From a virus, in the IMG/VR virus record IMGVR_UViG_3300028610_002211, positions 32,001 through 96,000 of that record: a stretch of 64,000 bases of DNA; one strand, written 5' to 3'. How positions within the stretch are numbered: the stretch's first letter is position 1; each line of letters begins with the position of its first letter. This document shows positions 26,348 to 34,902 of this stretch, in pieces. Under the pieces are notes generated by a model. The model was not told the DNA's origin. It ran no database searches and was given only the letters and a program-made list of their open reading frames with translations. The position numbers were made by a program, and so were the translations under genes.

Positions 26348-26698
26348 ATGAACGACAAAATAAAAAAAATACTGTTCGAATTGTCGGCCGATTTCACTTT
26401 GGCTGGTATCCAACAAGGGCGCAAATCGTTACACGAGGATAAAGCGCTTTGCCTCAAGGTTTCGAAATTACGAAACGCGATCGATCTTTTGTCACTCCAA
26501 AGAGCGCAACTTGCGCGTTGTTGGGAAGGTGTTTCGATTACTTCTATCGTTGAAACGGTCAAAGAATGTTTGGGCGCAGCGCTTGAATTGGGATCTTTTT
26601 TGGGTAATAACTACCCCGCCGAGTATATCGAAATCGAGTTGCATGGTACAAAATACGTCGAAAAATGTTGGGCCTTGATTGGCGTTTTGTCCGTTTAA
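26348..26698 (+). CDS. hypothetical protein
   Basis: SD AGGGTG. Confidence 0.65.
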   Translation: MNDKIKKILFELSADFTLAGIQQGRKSLHEDKALCLKVSKLRNAIDLLSLQRAQLARCWEGVSITSIVETVKECLGAALELGSFLGNNYPAEYIEIELHGTKYVEKCWALIGVLSV

Positions 26699-26720
26699 AA
26701 TCGTATTTCATCCCGGTTTA

Positions 26721-26749
26721 AAGGTGTTTCGAAAGGGGCGCCTTTTTTT
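26721..26749 (+). terminator. intrinsic terminator
   Basis: AAGGTGTTTC-GAAA-GGGGCGCCTT plus T run. Confidence 0.75.
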
Positions 26750-26781
26750 ATTTCTGTGTAATTCACAAGTCAGGATAATCT

Positions 26782-26798
26782 TTGGCACGTAAATTGCT
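26782..26798 (+). promoter_or_regulatory. sigma54 (-24/-12) site C
   Basis: TTGGCACGTAAATTGCT. Confidence 0.7.
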
Positions 26799-26923
26799 AC
26801 GCGTGTTGTAAATATTATCCTTTAGAATCTGTCCATCCGTTTCGGCGTCCGAATTAACCGCTTATTTTTGTTGGCGTTAGGCTTTGTGTTTGAAAACGAG
26901 TTCAAGGGCCTTGTGCGCCTTCT

Positions 26924-26990
26924 CAAGGCGTTTTAACGGGTCAACCTATACCAGGGGTTGAGTTAAAAAAACGGTCGTTAAAACGCCTTG
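26924..26990. repeat. 15-bp perfect inverted repeat with nested hairpin
   Basis: CAAGGCGTTTTAACG / CGTTAAAACGCCTTG; inner TCAACC/GGTTGA. Confidence 0.85.
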
Positions 26991-27028
26991 TGGATATCTT
27001 GTGTTTAATTCACATGTTGATAAATAGT

Positions 27029-27045
27029 TTGGAATGAATATTGCA
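27029..27045 (+). promoter_or_regulatory. sigma54-like site D
   Basis: TTGGAATGAATATTGCA (GG-N10-GC) followed by the shared TTTAGAATCTGT box. Confidence 0.5.
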
Positions 27046-27142
27046 ACGCGCGCTTGTTTACATTTAGAATCTGTACATCCGCTTCAACCTTCGATATAAA
27101 TTGCGTTTTGACTTTTTAGTTAAAGAGTGTTAAAACCTGTTC

Positions 27143-27643
27143 ATGAAAATTCTAAGACGAAAAAACATAAAAAGCTTTCCGGGTTATCAAATTTCAAACT
27201 TTGGAACAGTTAGGAGAGAAGTTTATAAATTGTACGGGATTAAGGAAACGAGGATATTTCCTCATATCAATAATGGTTATCAAATTGCCAATTTAAAAAG
27301 CGAATCTGGGGAGCAAAAGAAAGTGCCTATTCACAAACTTGTTGCAAAAGCTTTCGTTTCCGGCTGGTTTGAGGGCGCAATTGTTGATCATATCGACGAG
27401 AATAAGCAGAATAATTTTTTCAAAAATCTTCGCTGGGTAACTCATCGCTTTAATTCCTCTCGACGTAAGCGCGATCTGCCTTTGAATGTTTCAAAATTTC
27501 GAAATCGAAATAGTTATATTGTTCGAGTTTATTTCGGTGGTGAAATCGTTTATTTGGGCTCATATAAGACGGTTGAAGAAGCTTCGAGGGTTGCTGAAAG
27601 GGCGCGCAAGCAAGCGGAAAAAGGGGAAAAACCAACTCGTTAA
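27143..27643 (+). CDS. NUMOD4-HNH-AP2 homing endonuclease
   Basis: YQISNFG.VR, IHKLVAKAF, VDHIDENKQNN..NLRW, YLGSYKT.EEA. Confidence 0.9.
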   Translation: MKILRRKNIKSFPGYQISNFGTVRREVYKLYGIKETRIFPHINNGYQIANLKSESGEQKKVPIHKLVAKAFVSGWFEGAIVDHIDENKQNNFFKNLRWVTHRFNSSRRKRDLPLNVSKFRNRNSYIVRVYFGGEIVYLGSYKTVEEASRVAERARKQAEKGEKPTR

Positions 27644-27710
27644 TTTTTTTAGTTTCGGCGAAGCTAAATCAGAGGGTTAAAATTCTTCTAATTTAAATGT
27701 CGTTTTTCGG

Positions 27711-27739
27711 TTGACTTCTGAATTAAACAGGTATACAAT
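27711..27739 (+). promoter_or_regulatory. sigma70 promoter of the same family
   Basis: TTGACT-TCTGAATTA..-17-TACAAT. Confidence 0.75.
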
Positions 27740-27775
27740 CAAACAAGAGGTGTTCGACTAAATGGAGGTGTTTAA

Positions 27776-28168
27776 ATGGCAAGGGTTAAAATAATCGACT
27801 TTGACGCGTTGCGCAGCGCGATCGAAGATTTCAAAGCGGGGTTGCTCGAATTTGCCGAAAATGGGGGTGATTTAAACAAGCTTGTTAAAAATTCAGAAAT
27901 GGTATTGAACCGTTTGACCGGCGAAGAAATGGAAATCTGTATTGTTGTCCAGCACGAAAAAACCCCACAACCAGAATTTGCGATTGTGAAAGGCGCTGTT
28001 TATCGTCAATCAAAGCGGGGCAAAACACACCTATTTCTTTTGACTGGGCACCGTGGCAAGGCGTTTTGTGGAGTCTCGATTGTTGATACAAGCCTTGTTT
28101 TATCTCCAAACGTAGCGGATATTTGCTCCGATTGTGCTTTAGCTGTTAACGATTTAGATGATATTTAA
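27776..28168 (+). CDS. hypothetical protein with H-C-C-C Zn finger
   Basis: SD GGAGGTG; TH..FCG..CSDC. Confidence 0.75.
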   Translation: MARVKIIDFDALRSAIEDFKAGLLEFAENGGDLNKLVKNSEMVLNRLTGEEMEICIVVQHEKTPQPEFAIVKGAVYRQSKRGKTHLFLLTGHRGKAFCGVSIVDTSLVLSPNVADICSDCALAVNDLDDI

Positions 28169-28206
28169 CAGTTTTTATTTTCATATATCTGTATTTTCTT
28201 AACATA

Positions 28207-28229
28207 TGTTTCACATTTCACGTGAAACA
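28207..28229. promoter_or_regulatory. parS-like palindrome
   Basis: CATTTCACGTGAAACA is 14/16 to TGTTTCACGTGAAACA, preceded by a TGTTTCAC half-site; intergenic. Confidence 0.55.
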
Positions 28230-28280
28230 TTTCTTGATTTATAAATTGGATTGTGTAAAGCTCACAAAATGGAGGTATCA

Positions 28281-28739
28281 ATGAACGAAAACAGAAAAAC
28301 AAAAGAAAAGTCAGAAGATAGCGGGGCGCCCGAACAGGTCGAAAATGAGCTCAAAAAAGAAGAACCATCGTTTACACCAAACGAAATTTTGGAACCGCTT
28401 GGGTTTGTTGAACAACAATTGACCGATGATCAGAGTAATTTGCTCGCTTTTTTTCAATTAACACTGTACGAAAAACCGCGAAAAATCGATCTTGACGCGT
28501 CTGTAACAGCTGGATTTGACGAAAATGGGACTTATCTTTTAGTTTTTGATTTTGAGATTACGGTATTTATTGACGTTTGTGATGTTCATATCGGGTCTTA
28601 TGACATTATTTTAGACTACGAAAACAGAAATAAGTTTGCCATAATCTTTAAAGCCATTGTAACCTTTTTGTCACAATCGGCAAAACTCTATGTTGCAACA
28701 CAGGCTTTACTTGACGAGAAAAAAGAAAAACCAAACTAA
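28281..28739 (+). CDS. hypothetical acidic protein
   Basis: SD GGAGGT. Confidence 0.7.
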   Translation: MNENRKTKEKSEDSGAPEQVENELKKEEPSFTPNEILEPLGFVEQQLTDDQSNLLAFFQLTLYEKPRKIDLDASVTAGFDENGTYLLVFDFEITVFIDVCDVHIGSYDIILDYENRNKFAIIFKAIVTFLSQSAKLYVATQALLDEKKEKPN

Positions 28740-28755
28740 GCAAGGAAGACGGCCG

Positions 28756-29484
28756 ATGAGTGAGAAGCTTTTGAAACGGGTTGCGGCACTGTTCGCCTTA
28801 TCCGATAACAACCCGAGCCCAGAAGAGGCACAAAGCGCCCTAGAGCAAGCCAGGGCGCTGTTGCAAAAGCACAACCTTACAATGATTGATGTTGAGTCTG
28901 TCGAGGATCACAAAGGGGCTCAGGGCGGTTACAGCGAAACAGCGACGGTTGGAGAAAAGATCGCCCAATGGAAAAAATCTGTTGCCGCTGTTGTTGCCGA
29001 ATATTTAGATATAAAAGTTGTTACTAGAAAATATGTGCGTAAAAGAGATGTTAGTTTTTTGTTTTATGGTTTGGTGTTAAACACCGAAATCGCGATCGGT
29101 ATTTTTTTATCTTTATTGAGACAAATTGAAACAATGACAAAAAATTACCATGGTAAAGGTCATTACGCAAAAAGCGTATATCGCCAGGGCATTTTATACG
29201 GTTTGGATCAACGTTTGGAAATTTTGAAAATTAGACAAAATTCAAAATGTACTGCGTTGGCTATTTGCTCTAACAAAGTTGCAGATAATTGGATGGAAAA
29301 CGAGGGTATAAAAGTTGAACGAGCGAGGGTAAAAACCAAAAAAGAAAAAACGAAAGAGCAACAACGTAAAGATCGAAATCTTTTTGGTTGGGATCGTCAA
29401 CTCCATTTTTCAAGGGGTTTGAGCGATTCTTATTCATTGGTTTTAGAGAAAGTGTTAGACGGTAAAACAAAAGAAGAAAGTTGA
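28756..29484 (+). CDS. DUF2786-domain protein
   Basis: KLLKRVAALFALS.NNPS.EEA.SA...A..LL.KHNL. Confidence 0.8.
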   Translation: MSEKLLKRVAALFALSDNNPSPEEAQSALEQARALLQKHNLTMIDVESVEDHKGAQGGYSETATVGEKIAQWKKSVAAVVAEYLDIKVVTRKYVRKRDVSFLFYGLVLNTEIAIGIFLSLLRQIETMTKNYHGKGHYAKSVYRQGILYGLDQRLEILKIRQNSKCTALAICSNKVADNWMENEGIKVERARVKTKKEKTKEQQRKDRNLFGWDRQLHFSRGLSDSYSLVLEKVLDGKTKEES

Positions 29485-29522
29485 AAAAATTGTATCTTGT
29501 AAATTAGGGAGATAAAACAAAA

Positions 29523-29789
29523 ATGAAAAAGAATATCGAGATTGAAAAATTCAGAAAACACGTCGAGAATACGTATAAACGCCAACCAACGGGTTGTGGT
29601 GGTTCTTTCGGAGAGATCCTATGTTTCGAAATACACGATCAACCCGTTAACTCCAGAATGAGAGCTAAGTCATTCAATGACGGATATACTACAGGACTAA
29701 CTTTTACTGAGCTAGCAGCAAAATGGGGAATATCCGTTAGCTTTCTGGGTGAGCTAATTCGAGACCATTGTATTAAAATGGAATCGTAA
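29523..29789 (+). CDS. hypothetical protein with C-terminal HTH-like motif
   Basis: GLTFTELAAKWGIS; atypical codon usage. Confidence 0.65.
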   Translation: MKKNIEIEKFRKHVENTYKRQPTGCGGSFGEILCFEIHDQPVNSRMRAKSFNDGYTTGLTFTELAAKWGISVSFLGELIRDHCIKMES

Positions 29790-29857
29790 TTGTTATTTCC
29801 CTGCGTCGTTTAATCTTTTACATTCACTACACAACGAATGACACCCTCCATCAATAT

Positions 29858-29925
29858 AAAAAGGGGAGGCTAAACGCCTCCCCTTACTTGTATCGTGCCC
29901 GGGACGCACCCAAGCTGTCTTTTAC
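29858..29925 (-). ncRNA. candidate ~68-nt sRNA
   Basis: minus TTGACA(29960)-17-CACCAT; terminator AAGGGGAGGC/GCCTCCCCTT+TTT; no ORF. Confidence 0.45.
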
Positions 29926-29986
29926 AAAACAATGGTGTATCAGATACTCTATTTTGTCAATAGAAAAATGAATAGCCCAAAAGCAC

Positions 29987-30057
29987 AAAAGCCTTGGGTG
30001 ACACAACACCCAAGGCTTTTGAATTGGCGGGTACATTTCAGACACACCAAAGATACA
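29987..30057 (-). ncRNA. candidate ~71-nt sRNA
   Basis: minus TTGAAA(30092)-17-TATATT; 14-bp terminator stem 29987-30020; no ORF. Confidence 0.5.
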
Positions 30058-30145
30058 GTAGGAAATATACCGCAGGTGTCGCCAATTTTCAAGTAAAAAA
30101 TATAACTTTTTTGACTTTTGTTTTAGGGTCGGATAACATCAAATC

Positions 30146-30401
30146 ATGACCAGAGTCCAAGGTCAATCGCTAGTTGTCTTTACGCGCTCTCATACGGGCG
30201 CTCAAGAGACGTTTTTCACAAATGTACACTTGACTTCAACCTTTTATATGTGGCGTGCTATCCCCTTGCCAGACACCTGAGAAGCGTATGAAACAAAACC
30301 CGTTATAAAAACAGTGACGTGTTTCGAGCACTGTTCAAAAAAATATTTTTTTCGAAAACTGACAGTGAGGGACGACGGCTCTAAAAGGGCCGTCGTTTTT
30401 T
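30146..30401 (+). ncRNA. candidate ~255-nt RNA, or leaderless 44-aa ORF (30146-30280) with attenuator
   Basis: TTGACT(30111)-17-TAACAT, +1 = ATG 30146; terminator 30371-30401. Confidence 0.4.
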
Positions 30402-30417
30402 ATAAAAGGGGTGAAAA

Positions 30418-31047
30418 ATGGTAAGGGGGAAATTTATTGTTTTAGAGGGGGCAGACGGGGCGGGGACAACGACGATTGCGAATTATTTAACGGATAAACT
30501 AGAAACTAAATTTGGCAAAAGGTCTGTTGTGTTAACTCATGAACCATCAGATTTTGATACTGGTGTTTTTATTCGTGAAATTTTACGAAGTGAAAAAACG
30601 GTTTCGCAAGGTTTGGCAATGGCTTATCTGTTTATTGCGGATCGTATCGATCACACAAAACGCCGAATTATTCCAGCGCTCGAAGCTGGCAAAATGGTTG
30701 TTTGTGATCGTTATTACTTTTCAACTCTGGTTTATCAATCTGTCAAAGACGATTTTTCAAGTTCATGGAAAGAGTTAGAGGGTTTATCTCCTTTAATGCG
30801 GGGGCATATAGAGCCGGATTTATCTTTGCTTTTGGATTGTAGAATTGACACTTTGCGAGATAGGCGTGAAAATCGAAATGAAGTAAAAGAGATTTATGAA
30901 AACGATGGTTATCAAAAGATAGTTGTTGATCTTTATCGTGCTTTGTTTTCTAGGTATAGATATAATTCCGAGATGATTGACGCCGAAGAAAGTCTTATTT
31001 CCGTAAAGGCTAAAACGTGGGCAGTGACTAAAGAACTTTTTTCTTGA
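30418..31047 (+). CDS. tmk: thymidylate kinase
   Basis: FIVLEGADGAGTTT P-loop, HEPS, LFIADR, VVCDRY..S.LVYQ, PDL. Confidence 0.9.
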   Translation: MVRGKFIVLEGADGAGTTTIANYLTDKLETKFGKRSVVLTHEPSDFDTGVFIREILRSEKTVSQGLAMAYLFIADRIDHTKRRIIPALEAGKMVVCDRYYFSTLVYQSVKDDFSSSWKELEGLSPLMRGHIEPDLSLLLDCRIDTLRDRRENRNEVKEIYENDGYQKIVVDLYRALFSRYRYNSEMIDAEESLISVKAKTWAVTKELFS

Positions 31048-31080
31048 CTTGTGAAATAGAATCTGATAAAATCCCTTCCA

Positions 31081-31308
31081 ATGTCTAAAAACATTAAGAG
31101 AATTTACTGTGTTGACTGTGCTTTTTGTCTTGTCGAACAGGGAAAAAAGCAAGTTATTTATACTTGCCGTTGCCGAGAAAGCGAGAAATACGATAAATGT
31201 GTTGATCCTTGGGATACGTGTACGCAATTCAAACAACGAGTTTGTACAATGTGCCATGTTGAAGGTTTGAAAAACCCTTGTCCACTTTTACACGGTGGAG
31301 AAAGTTAG
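31081..31308 (+). CDS. small Cys-rich protein, probably leaderless
   Basis: TTGACT(31044)-17-TAAAAT ends 9 nt before ATG; no SD. Confidence 0.6.
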   Translation: MSKNIKRIYCVDCAFCLVEQGKKQVIYTCRCRESEKYDKCVDPWDTCTQFKQRVCTMCHVEGLKNPCPLLHGGES

Positions 31309-31317
31309 AGGTTTGTT

Positions 31318-31539
31318 TTGGAAACTAATTCAAAAATATTTTGTGATAACGAAAAACACAGAATTACAAAAACCGCAAATGGCAAATTTAAAGTTTACGA
31401 CAAAGAGAAAAAGACAACGATCGGTGAATTTGACACTTTGCGAAAAGCAACAAATTCAACAAAGGTTGTCGAGGAAACTGAGATTAAGCCCGAATGGGTT
31501 GAACCCAAACCGCCGAAGAAAAAACCAAAAAGAAGATAA
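31318..31539 (+). CDS. hypothetical protein
   Basis: SD GAGGT; TTG start. Confidence 0.6.
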   Translation: METNSKIFCDNEKHRITKTANGKFKVYDKEKKTTIGEFDTLRKATNSTKVVEETEIKPEWVEPKPPKKKPKRR

Positions 31540-31689
31540 AAGTAATTTGTTGACTTCTGAATTAGAAATTTTATTGACTTGTAATCGAAACCGATCTATA
31601 TTGGATCTGTTACAGAAAGCCATTTTGTGAAAAAACCTCCTACTAGCCCGGTTAACGCCGGGCACTATCAAGAGGTTTCGTGATTTTTA

Positions 31690-31986
31690 TTGACTTCTGA
31701 AATCGAGGGGAAAATGCAAATTGATCTATTTGAACGAATCAAATCTGTTTTGATACAGAAAGGTTGGCAGTATTACCGAAATGAGGATATGTGGACCACT
31801 GAAAAAACGTTAACGTTTGAAAGTGTCGCTGTAACAAATGAAGCTTTGATCTCGATTATGAATACAGACAGCCCTGGCTTAATTGGTCTCTTTTTCACCT
31901 ATATATTGAAAAAACCAGATGTGTTAAAAGATATTTTTGATCTTTTACCAAATAGTTTTTTTAACGAAAATTGGATCCAAGCATAA
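31690..31986 (+). CDS. hypothetical protein (likely start ATG 31714)
   Basis: GAGGGG before in-frame ATG. Confidence 0.6.
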   Translation: MTSEIEGKMQIDLFERIKSVLIQKGWQYYRNEDMWTTEKTLTFESVAVTNEALISIMNTDSPGLIGLFFTYILKKPDVLKDIFDLLPNSFFNENWIQA

Positions 31987-32002
31987 AAAAATTTTATAAC
32001 TT

Positions 32003-32287
32003 GTGAATCAGGTTGGAGGTAAAACCGTGGTAATCGATACAAAAGAAATGATGTTGGCGCGTTTGCGTGAAAGTTTGCGCGATTATGGAATCAGACACAA
32101 AACCGGGCGAGAATTAACCGATGGTGAAATCTTGCAAGTTTGCGATTTTTTTTGTACCGGATTCACTTTGTTAGCCGATAAATTCCAGTCAATATCGGAC
32201 GAAGTTGCGATAATTTTCTCAACCATCGGCTCCAGTTTTAACGATCTTGGCCTTGTAGTTGATGAGAAAAACAGGAAAGCAAATTAA
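32003..32287 (+). CDS. hypothetical protein
   Basis: GGAGGT before in-frame GTG 32027. Confidence 0.6.
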   Translation: MNQVGGKTVVIDTKEMMLARLRESLRDYGIRHKTGRELTDGEILQVCDFFCTGFTLLADKFQSISDEVAIIFSTIGSSFNDLGLVVDEKNRKAN

Positions 32288-32330
32288 ACGCTAAATACAA
32301 AGTGGTTAAAAAATCAGAATCGTTTTTGGT

Positions 32331-32762
32331 TTGGGTTTGATCGCTGTGAAAAAAAAGAAAAGTAAAACACGTAGAATATTGCTTGGTGGTGATATTGTAG
32401 AAACAACTTTACCACCAAAATATATTCTTGGAGAATACGACAAGAAAAATGGTATCTGGTACTATTGTCTGAAAGGCTCAATTTTCACAAAACATATTGA
32501 CTGTAGAATACGCGTTGTGATTTCTCGTTATACAATCGATCAAATAAACGGCAAATTAGACCTTCAAAAACAGTTTGGAAAACCACCAAATTTTCACACT
32601 GAATTGAAGCGCTATAAGTTCAAAAATTTCAAAGCAACCATCGGCCCGGTTGTTGAGTTGAAGGCGATAGATTCTGTTGATGAATGGCTCGATTATCTTG
32701 ATAATGAGCTTACAAACGATGAATTTAAAATAGCTCGTTTACGTGAAATCTTGACCCATTAG
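32331..32762 (+). CDS. hypothetical protein
   Basis: long ORF; start uncertain. Confidence 0.6.
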   Translation: MGLIAVKKKKSKTRRILLGGDIVETTLPPKYILGEYDKKNGIWYYCLKGSIFTKHIDCRIRVVISRYTIDQINGKLDLQKQFGKPPNFHTELKRYKFKNFKATIGPVVELKAIDSVDEWLDYLDNELTNDEFKIARLREILTH

Positions 32763-32939
32763 ACATTTATTTCTGGTCTCGAAGCAATTTCTAATCATCT
32801 GAATTGGTAAAGTGTTGAAATTGTTGTACGTTTTTTGCATTTTTGTAACGTTTTTTCTACTAAATTAAATTACGAAAACAGTTTTTTCTTTACTTTTGAA
32901 ATAAAACTGTTATCTTTAGTAGTAGAAAGGAGGCGCGAA

Positions 32940-33125
32940 ATGCGTTCTGAAAAAGAAAAAGATACTGATTTAATGACTTTCCGAGCCATTTTTGCGCTCG
33001 AAGTTGGCGGGGGTAGAATCGAGATCAAAGCTAAAAACAAAAAAGGAGCTTGGGAAATATTGAAGAAAATAGAGCCTAAAGCTTTCTTAATGATCAAAAG
33101 TTTTGAAGAAATCGGTTGTTGCTAA
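32940..33125 (+). CDS. hypothetical protein
   Basis: SD AAGGAGG. Confidence 0.65.
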   Translation: MRSEKEKDTDLMTFRAIFALEVGGGRIEIKAKNKKGAWEILKKIEPKAFLMIKSFEEIGCC

Positions 33126-33385
33126 TGGTGCAAGATCATCACAAAATTAAAATAACGTTAAAGCGTGTTTTGGCGGGCGAGAAAGGTTCGAAGTGTCTTT
33201 CGCTTTCTGCCTTTACCGGTGGTGTATATCCCGAAGATGGTATTGTTATCACGGCAGGGACCGGCGTTGTTACTCAAAGTTGTTACCTTCCAAATTCTGA
33301 TCTTCAAGCGGTGTTAATTCTCAAACCCGGGGAAATAATGACCGCTAAAAGCTGGGATACTACCCCCATACCACCAAAAAAATGA
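33125..33385 (+). CDS. hypothetical protein
   Basis: TAATG coupling. Confidence 0.6.
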   Translation: MVQDHHKIKITLKRVLAGEKGSKCLSLSAFTGGVYPEDGIVITAGTGVVTQSCYLPNSDLQAVLILKPGEIMTAKSWDTTPIPPKK

Positions 33386-34032
33386 AACTGAAAAAGAAAG
33401 AGGCAATCGAGACCGTTTCGACTTTTCTTGAATTGGTCATTCAGGGCAAGTCGATTGAAGACATTTCAGATGAAATGGGTTACGATATTTCTGAGCTTTC
33501 GTTTTTACAAAGTCGTTTGCTCGAAATGAAAACCTTCGAGTTACAAGGCAAACCGGTTGAACATGTATATGTTGAATACATGATTGAACAATTGAAAAAT
33601 GTTCACACTTTAAACAGCTTGATAGAAAAATTTGACGGCAATTCGAGAAATCTTGCGGCGGTTGTTGCGGCGGTTCGGTTGCGCTCCGATATTCACGATC
33701 GTATTATGGAAAAAGGTCAAGCTTGTGGAGTGATCCGAAAAGTTCCTGAACGGAAAGAATCTTTACACGGTTTGGTTATTGCCGAGTTAACAGCCGACGA
33801 TTTACGTGAAACCATTGTTAAACAGTATCGAAAACTTGCGAAATATACAACGGGAAAAACTGAAACTATGGCCCAATTAAGGGTTCCAAAAAACTTGCAT
33901 TATGGGCCTACGGTTGAAATATCAGACGATAAAGAAGGCGAAGAAGAAGAGATAAACCCAAAGCGCAAAGCTGTGTTAAAAAAGAAAAAAAAGAAGAAGA
34001 AAAAACGAAAGGGTGATCAAGATGAAGTGTGA
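33382..34032 (+). CDS. putative terminase small subunit
   Basis: N-terminal HTH (GKSIEDISDEMG), helical middle, start of late module; positional inference. Confidence 0.5.
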   Translation: MKLKKKEAIETVSTFLELVIQGKSIEDISDEMGYDISELSFLQSRLLEMKTFELQGKPVEHVYVEYMIEQLKNVHTLNSLIEKFDGNSRNLAAVVAAVRLRSDIHDRIMEKGQACGVIRKVPERKESLHGLVIAELTADDLRETIVKQYRKLAKYTTGKTETMAQLRVPKNLHYGPTVEISDDKEGEEEEINPKRKAVLKKKKKKKKKRKGDQDEV

Positions 34033-34876
34033 GGCTTTCAACCTGTCGGGCGATTCTTTTGATCCAACAATGGCTTTTATTTTTGGGCGTTGTGCCTATG
34101 ACATCGGGACACGGGTTGTTACTTGGGATGAAAAACAAGGTTATGACGGTTATAAGCGGCCGCTGCGAATTAAAACGCGACCAAACGGGGTAGATAACAT
34201 CAAACAGCTGTTGATTCATCACGCAGGCCAAGACAGACGCGACCCAGGCACTATGTACGGCGTTTTATGGGACCAACGTAGGCTATCGGTCCACTTTGGA
34301 TTAGACGAGTTTGCAAGGTCTGTGGGAAGCCTCGAAGCGGGGCCGATTATTTGGCAATTTGTTGATTGTGATTGGCTCACAAAACACGCGGGCGGAATGG
34401 ACCCAACTTCGATCGGGATCGAGGTGTGCCACTTCCCTTGCGCTTGGAAGGGCAAAAATGGCGATCCGGGCTATTATTCACCAAAAAACAACCTCAAAAA
34501 AAACAACATGCCTCATGAAATTATCGAACAACTGGTATATTCAAAATACCGCAAGGTGTTTGCCTTTACAGAAGGTGTCACAGACGCTTTGGCGCGCCTT
34601 TATGCGGGATGTTGGGTTGCCATAGGGCATCAACGAAAAGGCGGCTTCGAGGGGGCTTATGGGCGTGCTCCGGTGTTTCCTCGGGGTAAGTATGGCCATA
34701 TCCCGCTTGGAGTTATCAAAGAATCTAAAAATTGGGTTGGGTTGATCACTCATCGCCAATGTTCAAAGAACAAATGGGACCCGGGTGGGCTTGATCATGA
34801 AAAATTTGAAAATCTAGTTGCAGATTATTACAATTCTTTTCGTCAAGGTTTGCCCCGTTCGTTGTTACGTTACTAA
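34022..34876 (+). CDS. N-acetylmuramoyl-L-alanine amidase (Amidase_2) endolysin
   Basis: LIHH, SVHF, HAG..SIGIE, THR..K.DPG. Confidence 0.85.
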   Translation: MKCEAFNLSGDSFDPTMAFIFGRCAYDIGTRVVTWDEKQGYDGYKRPLRIKTRPNGVDNIKQLLIHHAGQDRRDPGTMYGVLWDQRRLSVHFGLDEFARSVGSLEAGPIIWQFVDCDWLTKHAGGMDPTSIGIEVCHFPCAWKGKNGDPGYYSPKNNLKKNNMPHEIIEQLVYSKYRKVFAFTEGVTDALARLYAGCWVAIGHQRKGGFEGAYGRAPVFPRGKYGHIPLGVIKESKNWVGLITHRQCSKNKWDPGGLDHEKFENLVADYYNSFRQGLPRSLLRY

Positions 34877-34902
34877 AACCACAAAAAGGGAAGGTGGACA
34901 AA

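Noticed and set aside
30278-30423. UGA read-through/selenocysteine in the 30146 ORF
   Set aside because: Downstream hairpin is ~30 nt away, too far for a bacterial SECIS, and no selenoprotein-like context
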